From the NCBI GenBank assembly GCA_022562295.1, contig JADFPO010000004.1:639-64638 (forward strand): DNA of 64,000 nucleotides, in the 5' to 3' direction. Positions 53,544 to 60,433 of this stretch are shown here, in pieces. The position numbers were made by a program, and so were the translations under genes. Position 1 is the stretch's first letter. Each line of letters opens with the position of its first letter. Source of the stretch: Gemmatimonadota bacterium. Lineage in GTDB: Bacteria > Gemmatimonadota > Gemmatimonadetes > Gemmatimonadales > GWC2-71-9. Under the pieces are notes generated by a model. The model saw nothing but the letters and a program-made list of their open reading frames with translations. It ran no database searches and had not been told where the DNA came from.

Positions 53544-53661
53544 TTCGGGCTCCCGATGGTCGTTTCAATAGCACTAATATAACGCGAGCCGCCCTGCCCG
53601 ATGGGACCGACGGCTCGTGTTGACAACAATTTACATGTGGTTCGCGGTGAAACACCACTCC

Positions 53662-54504
53662 TCAGAACACGGACTGACCTCCCGCGAGAATCTCGTTGAG
53701 GGCCTCATTGAAGAACGAGGTCGAATTGGCAAGCTCTTCGCCGATATCACCCACGTACTGTTCCCAGCTCTTCTTGATTTCCTCGTCGAAGACCTCCTTC
53801 AAGTTGCCCTCTTGCAGGGCTTTTCGCCGCTTATCCGGCTGATAGACGATCATGTCGGAAATGAGCGCCCGGGCGAGCCGCCGCGCTTTCTGATTCGGAT
53901 CTTTGGACAGGAACGGGTTGATCGGCTTCTTGGGGGGGAGGGGGCTGGGCGCCGTAGGCGGCGCCGCAGGAACCTCAACCGGCTCCGGGGCGATCTGGGC
54001 GGCGGGCGGGCTGGGAAGCGGAGCGGCCACAACGGGCGCGGCAGGCGCCTCAACAACTGGAGGAGCGGCTGCCGCTGGCGCTTGCGGCGGACTGACGGGA
54101 GCTGGGGCGGTCTCGGGCGGACTGGCCGCTGCCGGAGCTGCGCCTGGCGGTTGGACGGGGGCCGCCAGTGGCACCGCGGGGGCGCTTGGCACCGTGGGCC
54201 TGGGTTCGGTCACGGGCACGGCTTGTACCGGTTGCCCCGGGGTGGGACGGAACACCGGGGCTGACGGCCGTGCCGGAACTGCTGGCGGTGCCGCTGGTTC
54301 CGCCTTGCCGGCCGGCTCGGCAAACGGCTGCGCCAGCCGCAGGCCCGAAGCCGGCGGGGCGGCACGAGCGGCAGGCGGTGCCGCTGCGGTTACGGGCGCA
54401 GTTACCGGAGGCGCGAGCGCCGCGGCCGGAGGCTTACTCTCCCGGGCAACGGCCGGAGTGGGCTCGGGCACGGCCACCACAGGGGGCGGGGGCTCAGGAG
54501 CCAC
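53662..54504 (-). CDS. Pro/Ala-rich protein with a conserved-looking charged C-terminal domain; probably the 3' part of a gene split by a frameshift
   Basis: About 190 aa of P/A low complexity, then KKPINPFLSKDPNQKARRLARALISDMIVYQPDKRRKALQEGNLKEVFDEEIKKSWEQY... This frame stays open and P/A-rich upstream to TGA 54601-54603. Confidence 0.5.
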   Translation of the reverse strand: MAPEPPPPVVAVPEPTPAVARESKPPAAALAPPVTAPVTAAAPPAARAAPPASGLRLAQPFAEPAGKAEPAAPPAVPARPSAPVFRPTPGQPVQAVPVTEPRPTVPSAPAVPLAAPVQPPGAAPAAASPPETAPAPVSPPQAPAAAAPPVVEAPAAPVVAAPLPSPPAAQIAPEPVEVPAAPPTAPSPLPPKKPINPFLSKDPNQKARRLARALISDMIVYQPDKRRKALQEGNLKEVFDEEIKKSWEQYVGDIGEELANSTSFFNEALNEILAGGQSVF

Positions 54505-54830
54505 CGGCGCTGATGGTGCTGGCGCCGGAGCGACAGGCGGAGGGACATCGGGCGTCGCAGCCGGGGCGGGCGGGGGGGCGGGGGCGGAGACAGTTGGGCG
54601 TCATCCGGCACCGGAATGAACGCGTCCCCCAAACCCTGAGCCGCCATTTGTTCTTGAGATCGCCGTGGGGCCGCAGCTAGCACCGGGGCAACCTCTGGTT
54701 GCCGATCGCCGGTAGCGGTTATCGCTATCACATTGGAGCACACCGTGCATCGCGCCCGAACCCCGGCCTCAGATACTTTTGCCGGATCTACCCGATAGAC
54801 CGTTCCGCACGACGTACAGTGGACGTTCAT
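54402..54830 (-). CDS. MJ0042-type zinc-ribbon protein; probably the 5' part of the same split gene
   Basis: MNVHCTSCGTVYRVDPAKV...ARCTVCSNV (CxxC-x17-CxxC). After SPPPPP the frame turns Arg-rich (RLRRPMSLRLSLRR...), which looks off-frame. Confidence 0.55.
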   Translation of the reverse strand: MNVHCTSCGTVYRVDPAKVSEAGVRARCTVCSNVIAITATGDRQPEVAPVLAAAPRRSQEQMAAQGLGDAFIPVPDDAQLSPPPPPRPPRLRRPMSLRLSLRRQHHQRRWLLSPRPLWWPCPSPLRPLPGRVSLRPRRSRLR

Positions 54831-55807
54831 GCCTCGATCGACCCCTGATGTCCATTCTCGAGCCGGTCGGCGTCACGCCGGCGGTCCACCACGAAAACCG
54901 AGCCCGGCAGCGTCTTGGCATAACTCTTCATCTCGGTGGCAAGCTCGCTCGCGCGGGCCGGGTGACCAAACCGTCGCAGCTCATTCGTCACGATACCAAT
55001 CGATAGCGTCATCAGCGGTACCCGATACAGTTGCCCCCGACGATCACGCCCGAAGAAGTACCCCGCATCTCGGTCTTGTTGGTTGTACTGATATGGGATG
55101 AGCAAGTCGAAGACCGCAATGATCTCACTGCAGACCTCTTGCACGTCCTCCATCTGCAGCACCATGATGAAATCGTCGCCGCCGATATGCCCTACGAACC
55201 CATTCCTGTGGCACAACCCCTTGACGATGTCGCTGAGAATTTTGGAAACCAAGAAGATGACTCGATCGCCATCGCGATAACTGTACCGATCGTTGTACTC
55301 CTTGAAATGATCGAGGTCGGCGTAGCATACCGCGAAGGTCGCATCAGCATCGATGCGCGTGCGCATTTCGCGTTCGATCTCAGTCGTTCCCGGAAGCCGA
55401 GTGGATGGATGAACGGAGACGTTGCGCTCGGTACGCACCAGCAATCCATCCAACCGACCCCGTTGCTCGCGAGCCTCGAATAACGGTGTGATAACCTCGT
55501 CAGCGCCGGCATCAAACCATGCGCCTACGTCGGCCGCGGAGTGCGCGCTCGCCACGACTGCCACCGGAACGATCGACGTGTAGGGATCGGATTTCAGACT
55601 GCGGCAAAACGCCGCTCCCTCCGATGCCATGCCATCGGCATCCACGATGACGAAATTCGGTGGACTCCGCACCGCGTGTATCTCGGCCACTTCACGATCA
55701 TCATATCGAACGAGCGAGAAGTTTTTTGCTTCGATCCAGTCGGAAATTAGATCGGGAACATCACGGCCAGCCGCAGAAAAGTAGAGTACCGTCGGTCGAT
55801 TCCGCAC
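54827..55807 (-). CDS. Receiver-like domain fused to a GGDEF-family domain (GGDDF variant)
   Basis: N-terminal CheY-like fold (VIVDADGM...) that lacks the usual N-terminal acidic pair. The C-terminal part has YADLDHFKEYND ... GHIGGDDFIMV. Confidence 0.8.
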   Translation of the reverse strand: MRNRPTVLYFSAAGRDVPDLISDWIEAKNFSLVRYDDREVAEIHAVRSPPNFVIVDADGMASEGAAFCRSLKSDPYTSIVPVAVVASAHSAADVGAWFDAGADEVITPLFEAREQRGRLDGLLVRTERNVSVHPSTRLPGTTEIEREMRTRIDADATFAVCYADLDHFKEYNDRYSYRDGDRVIFLVSKILSDIVKGLCHRNGFVGHIGGDDFIMVLQMEDVQEVCSEIIAVFDLLIPYQYNQQDRDAGYFFGRDRRGQLYRVPLMTLSIGIVTNELRRFGHPARASELATEMKSYAKTLPGSVFVVDRRRDADRLENGHQGSIEA

Positions 55808-55907
55808 CAGGCTCCGCTCGTAAAGTGAAAAGGGACCCTAACTTAGAGGTCTCCTACGGCGAAGTCAATTCACCTGCTGCCGAGCTTGGGAAAAGCCGAT
55901 CCGCGGC

Positions 55908-56750
55908 TCAGAACGGGACGGCAACGAACGCCCGGAATGCCAGATCGACACTGTAGGGGTGCGCGTTCCAGAGAGCCGTCTGAAGCGACGCGCCAGTTGA
56001 GAGCCGCCCAGAAACAAATGCATCGAGTGCACTCAGCATGTGGTTGGCCAGCAGAAACCCCAGTGCGGCAGACCTCCGTCTCGCAGCATCGTTGCGCCGA
56101 GCGATGGTGCGGGTGAATTCGTCTTGCTGGAATTCCGCACCGGCCCACGACCACGCAAAATTCAGTCCGATGGCGCGGTCTTCGTAGAACGCCAACGCGC
56201 GCTGGTACGCTGGCGACGTCGGGTCGGGTGACACGTTCGCACTCGGAAAAAACGTGCGGCGGGCCAGCGCCCAGATGCGGCCGTTGAACGTACGCTCGTC
56301 GGTCGCTGGCTGTAGGCCGGGAGCCGGGTCGGCATCGAAGGGACCGCTCTCCACAAACCTTGCCATCTGCTCAAAGTACTCGAAAGTCGTGTCCCGCACG
56401 CTGGGCGAAAACGGTCCCCGCGCCACCACAAAGGCAATGTCTCGAAAACGATCCCCCTCGCGGTGGGCAGTGGCAGCAAAGGTTAGGAAGCGGGTGAGGA
56501 ATAGTGCCTCGGCAACGAGGTAGAGAACCCCGCGGTCTTGACCAAGCAGTAGCTGGCCCGCGCCCGGAACCACGGCAGACGCGGCCGGAGGCAGGAATTC
56601 TCCGAGACCCCGTGTGGGCGGGAAGCCTGCCGGTCGCTGGACCATCGGGGGAAATTCGACGTGCGACCCGGCGGACGGCGGGTTCGCCTGTGCTTCCAGC
56701 GGAGCCGGGAGCGTGGCGACGAGGAGGGCCACCGCAGCGCGACGAGCCAA
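55908..56750 (-). CDS. Hypothetical exported protein with a DUF5683-like PGAGQ motif
   Basis: Signal peptide MARRAAVALLVATLPAPLEAQA, and VVPGAGQLLLGQDRGVLYLVAEALFL. It ends in ...FVAVPF. Confidence 0.5.
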   Translation of the reverse strand: MARRAAVALLVATLPAPLEAQANPPSAGSHVEFPPMVQRPAGFPPTRGLGEFLPPAASAVVPGAGQLLLGQDRGVLYLVAEALFLTRFLTFAATAHREGDRFRDIAFVVARGPFSPSVRDTTFEYFEQMARFVESGPFDADPAPGLQPATDERTFNGRIWALARRTFFPSANVSPDPTSPAYQRALAFYEDRAIGLNFAWSWAGAEFQQDEFTRTIARRNDAARRRSAALGFLLANHMLSALDAFVSGRLSTGASLQTALWNAHPYSVDLAFRAFVAVPF

Positions 56751-56754
56751 ACCT

Positions 56755-57780
56755 CTAGATGCCGGCCCGGAGACTGATGTAGACAGGCTCGTCGAAGTTG
56801 GACGAATCGTAGAACACCCGCGAGAAATCGACGGAAAGGCGCCCGAACCGGACTCCGAGCCCTACCGACGGACCCCGCGTCTCTGAATCGATAAACGCGT
56901 ACCCGGTTCGCAACCGGATCAGATCCAGATACCCCAGCTCCACGCCGATTCGAGCCCGAGGATCGTGGAACTCACCCCATCGATTCTCGATATCCAGCAA
57001 CACGCGCGCGTCGAGCGGCTGAGCATCGAGGGAAGGCGGTGGTATCAGCACCCTATAGACGACTCCGAACTCGAGCCGCGTCGGGAGCGGATCCGCCTGA
57101 TCGCTGTCCTCGAGTTGGAGCCTGAACCCGGCGTGACGCACAGCGACGCCGAATCGGAGCGGTGAATCCTTTCGACCGAACTGCAAACCGACGTCGATGC
57201 CGTGGGTCGTGCCCACCACCGATGGAAATAGGCGGCAATCACCAGAACAATCCTGGCGAAACTGGATCAGCTTGTAATTCACGCCGAAGCCCAGTTTCGA
57301 TCCCACTCGCGTGGCGTACGATGCCAGCAATAGCACGTTTTTGGGCGAGAACTTGCCCGACGTGGGCCCGCCAGGGATGGTCACCTCCTGTGACCCGTAA
57401 TCCACTAGATACGCCGACACCCCCACGATCCCCACTCGGCTGACCCGAAAATACGCTGAGAGCGCCGTGTTACTGGAGATGAACGTCTTGGCATGGTGGG
57501 CCGCGACCTCCCCGTGCTCCATCAGCGCCAGACCGGCCGGGTTCCAGAAGGCGGCTTCGCTGCTCCCGCCGTCGGCGATCGCAGCCTGTCCGAGGGCGGC
57601 AGCCCGGCCACCTACGGGAACGAGAAGGAATGTCGCCCCGAAGTCTGCGGCCCCATCCCCACTCGTTTGAGCCTGCGCCGGCTCGCCCCCGCCCCCGCGC
57701 CCGACACCGAGGCAGACCAGGCAAACAACGGCACGCCCGAGCCGGCAGAGTCGATCGGCCGGAAATGCCCGTGACCTCAT
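56755..57780 (-). CDS. PorV/PorQ-like outer-membrane beta-barrel protein
   Basis: The start is ATG 57780, adjacent to the era stop. Signal peptide present. GGRAAALGQAAIADGGSSEAAFWNPAGLA is followed by an alternating beta-strand pattern. The family call is tentative. Confidence 0.5.
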   Translation of the reverse strand: MRSRAFPADRLCRLGRAVVCLVCLGVGRGGGGEPAQAQTSGDGAADFGATFLLVPVGGRAAALGQAAIADGGSSEAAFWNPAGLALMEHGEVAAHHAKTFISSNTALSAYFRVSRVGIVGVSAYLVDYGSQEVTIPGGPTSGKFSPKNVLLLASYATRVGSKLGFGVNYKLIQFRQDCSGDCRLFPSVVGTTHGIDVGLQFGRKDSPLRFGVAVRHAGFRLQLEDSDQADPLPTRLEFGVVYRVLIPPPSLDAQPLDARVLLDIENRWGEFHDPRARIGVELGYLDLIRLRTGYAFIDSETRGPSVGLGVRFGRLSVDFSRVFYDSSNFDEPVYISLRAGI

Positions 57781-58667
57781 ATTTGCCCTCCGATCTCCTC
57801 GCGAAAGCCGAATCGCGCGACAGCGTGAGGTTTGGACCGCCACTTGGCCAACGTCTTCACCCATAAGTCCAAATACACTCGCTGACCAAGGAATTCCTCA
57901 ATCTTCCGCCGCGCATCGGATCCCAAAGCTCGAATCGTGCGGCCTTGCTTGCCGATCACCATGCGTTTCTGGCTCTCTCGCTCGGTGTACAGCGTGGCGC
58001 GAATATACAGCGGGTCACTCCCCTCCCGAAATTCGTCTACCTCGACCGCCAACGAGTAGGGCAACTCCTGCCCCAACCGCTCAAAAGCCGCCTCCCTCAC
58101 GAGCTCGGTGACGAAGAACCGTTGCGGCTGTACGGAAAGGTCATCAACATCGTACCGAAACGGCCGCACGGGGGCGTGCGAGCGACACCACTCGACCAGT
58201 GGGGCCAGCCCGGTCAGCCGCTCCGCACACACCGGAAACTCCGGGACGTCGGGACGGGGTCGGGATCGCGACTTACGGCTCTTTCCACACCGGTCCGTTT
58301 TGGTCCGGACCATCGCGATCGGCTGTGTGATCTCCGAAAGTTCGGGGATGAGCGTTTTGAGCGGCGGTGGATTGCTACCGCCGGCCGGGTGCAGGTAAAG
58401 AATCATGTCTGCTCGCCGCACCCACGCCACCGCCGCCGCCCGCATCGCCCGTTGCAACAGGTACGTAGGATCCAACAGCCCGGGCTCGTCAACCAACATC
58501 AGCTGTGTGTCGTTTGTCGTGAGGATACCGATCACGGGCGCGCGGGTCGCCTGTGGCTTGTCGCTTACCAGCGCAAGCTTCTGGCCCATCAAGGCGTTCA
58601 GCAGCGACGATTTCCCCACATTGGGTTTGCCTACGATGACGGCTGTCGCGAAACGCTGATCGGTCAT
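57777..58667 (-). CDS. era: GTPase Era
   Basis: GKPNVGKSS (G1), DEPG (G3), TKTD (variant G4), and a C-terminal KH domain (VIGKQGRTIRALG). The start is ATG 58667. Confidence 0.9.
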   Translation of the reverse strand: MTDQRFATAVIVGKPNVGKSSLLNALMGQKLALVSDKPQATRAPVIGILTTNDTQLMLVDEPGLLDPTYLLQRAMRAAAVAWVRRADMILYLHPAGGSNPPPLKTLIPELSEITQPIAMVRTKTDRCGKSRKSRSRPRPDVPEFPVCAERLTGLAPLVEWCRSHAPVRPFRYDVDDLSVQPQRFFVTELVREAAFERLGQELPYSLAVEVDEFREGSDPLYIRATLYTERESQKRMVIGKQGRTIRALGSDARRKIEEFLGQRVYLDLWVKTLAKWRSKPHAVARFGFREEIGGQI

Positions 58668-58746
58668 GGGGATAACACGTAAACGGTTTGCTGTGGGGCG
58701 CCGATCCGGGGGGACCGACACTCGGAGCTGCCCGCGCCGGTTCGAA

Positions 58747-59283
58747 TCAGGAGCTGTTTTCTGGTACGCCGTTGGGACGACTCACGAACAGGCCGGATTC
58801 TCTCCGACAGCGCTCGATCATCTTGCGCACGGCATCGACCAGATCTTCCCTCGTCGATGGCTTTGACAGAAACGGCTGGCCGGTGCGCACCAGAAACTCG
58901 TGGGTGTCGCGTTGGTCGACGAAGCCCGACACGAACACGACGCGGCTCGCCATCTGCGGCGACTGCTCTTCTAGCTGCTCGAAGAAGCTCATTCCCGAAA
59001 GGCCGGGCATCTGAATGTCGCACAGAATCACGCTGAACTGGGTGGTCTGAAGCGCCTCGAACGCAGCGATGCCGTTATCCACCGACGACACCGTAAACCC
59101 CGCGCGCTCCAACAGCTTCGAGTGCGCGCGGAGGATTCCCTCGTCGTCATCGACAATCAGAACGGGGCCATCGCCCGATGACGGCGCGGGCGTCCCGCCC
59201 GGATCGCCGGGAATCCCCCGCCCGGAAAGATCGGCGTCCGGCTTCCCTTCAGGCCGACGACCTTCGACCGGTGTGACTCTCAT
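58747..59283 (-). CDS. Single-domain response regulator (CheY-like receiver) with a Pro/Gly-rich N-terminal tail
   Basis: VLIVDDDEG ... VILCDIQMPGLSG ... VVFVSG ... KP. No output domain. Confidence 0.8.
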   Translation of the reverse strand: MRVTPVEGRRPEGKPDADLSGRGIPGDPGGTPAPSSGDGPVLIVDDDEGILRAHSKLLERAGFTVSSVDNGIAAFEALQTTQFSVILCDIQMPGLSGMSFFEQLEEQSPQMASRVVFVSGFVDQRDTHEFLVRTGQPFLSKPSTREDLVDAVRKMIERCRRESGLFVSRPNGVPENSS

Positions 59284-59333
59284 CGGCCGACTCTCGTGCG
59301 ACTACTCCAGCTTCGCAGCAATACGGCGTTCAA

Positions 59334-59349
59334 TGCTCATCTCCTGCCA
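59334..59349 (-). promoter_or_regulatory. Candidate sigma-54 (-24/-12) promoter upstream of the response-regulator/era gene train
   Basis: The minus strand reads TGGCAGGAGATGAGCA, giving GG-N10-GC spacing with TGGCA and GCA cores. The -12 GC lies about 50 nt upstream of ATG 59283. rpoN is encoded in this window. No enhancer-binding protein was seen. Confidence 0.3.
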
Positions 59350-59938
59350 TCGACTCCTCGACCAGATTTACGGCATGCCTATTCGCTCGGCTCGGCGTGG
59401 GAGCAAGGCGACCGCTGAGTTCCCATGACGGAACAGGCTGCCATAATCGTTGCAACATAGGGACTTACGGCTCTCAGGGCCAGGAGCAAATTGGTAGCAC
59501 GAGGCATCAGACCGGTGCTCTCAGGACTGCGCTAGCCCAAGACGCAGTAACGGTTCGGCGTGCCAGATCGTATGATGAGGCCGGGAGTGGCCACCTGCCA
59601 CCGTACTTCGATCCTGCTTGGCGGCGAGATCGCGACCGGCTTTGGGCGCTTGGTGTGAGCATGGTTACTGCATTGGGTGGTCGTATTGGCCACACTAATA
59701 GGGCGGCATTCACGGCTTTCCGTTCGCGTCGGCGCGGGGAAGTCAGTAATATGTACGGACTTATGATCCCGATCAGCGACTGGCTGATAGCTCGGCCCGG
59801 GGGACGTTCGCTCGGTCGGCTGTGAGCGCGGAGGCGAAGCCAAGGTGTACAACAGTCAGCACCGGCTGCACCAGAGCCGGTCGGGCCCCGCCGGCGACAC
59901 CCACCAAAACCCGGCCTAGCATGACACTCAGCCGCACT

Positions 59939-60421
59939 ATGGAAGAGCATCAGCAGGCCAATACCAACCGGCCCCGTAATACGGGGGTCACCTTGATCGA
60001 AATGATGATGGTGGTGGTGATCATCGCGGTGCTGGTCATGATTGCGCTGCCGATGTTTCAGGGGGTCCTGGATAAGGCGCGGGTGGCTCGCGCCATCGGA
60101 GACGTGAGGGCGGTGCAGACCGACCTTCAGACCTATGAGACCGACGGAAAGGGACTCCCGGGTTCGCTATCAGAAATCGGTCGGGGCGACTTGAGAGATC
60201 CTTGGGGGTTCGCCTATCGCTATCTTAGGTTTCCGGAGGACGGCTCAAAACCCAAGGGGGCACGCAAGGATCGTTTCCTCGTGCCCGTCAACTCGACGTT
60301 CGACCTGTATAGTGTGGGCAAGGACGGCAGCACCTCAGCGCCGATGACCGCCGGCGCCAGCCAGGACGATATCGTCCGAGCAAACGATGGGGGGTTCATA
60401 GGCCTGGCGTCGAAGTTTTAG
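59939..60421 (+). CDS. GspG-like type II secretion pseudopilin / type IV pilin-like protein
   Basis: Prepilin signal ...RPRNTG|VTLIEMMMVVVIIAVLVMIALP (Glu at +5). DPWGFAYRY and DLYSVGKDG are typical of GspG. The start is ATG 59939 or 59921. Confidence 0.8.
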   Translation: MEEHQQANTNRPRNTGVTLIEMMMVVVIIAVLVMIALPMFQGVLDKARVARAIGDVRAVQTDLQTYETDGKGLPGSLSEIGRGDLRDPWGFAYRYLRFPEDGSKPKGARKDRFLVPVNSTFDLYSVGKDGSTSAPMTAGASQDDIVRANDGGFIGLASKF

Positions 60422-60433
60422 GGTCGCAGAGAC

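Noticed and set aside
53903-54619. 238-aa Gly/Ala-rich plus-strand ORF (GGAAGTSTGSGA...), superficially like a PE/PGRS or glycine-rich repeat protein
   Set aside because: It is the antisense mirror of the Pro/Ala-rich minus-strand coding region (GCC/CCG codons read backwards). It has no start context, and the minus strand carries the recognisable domains.
57777-58667. Arg/Ser/Lys-rich segment in Era (TKTDRCGKSRKSRSRPRPDVPEF) and a TKTD sequence in place of the NKxD G4 motif, a possible insertion or degenerate GTPase
   Set aside because: The length matches the equivalent variable region of Era, so it is divergence rather than an insertion. G1, G3 and the KH domain are intact. It cannot be judged further without an alignment.
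58739-58748. GGTTCGAATC T-loop-like motif that might mark a tRNA or tmRNA
   Set aside because: The flanking sequence cannot form a T-stem or an acceptor stem. It overlaps the response-regulator stop codon.
59397-59825. 142-aa ORF in the long intergenic region (also minus-strand ORFs 59507..59950 and 59532..59852)
   Set aside because: Arg/Gly/Ser-rich and non-protein-like, with no SD or motifs. Only its last 24 codons, which have their own SD-like sequence, are kept as a speculative leader peptide in the findings.
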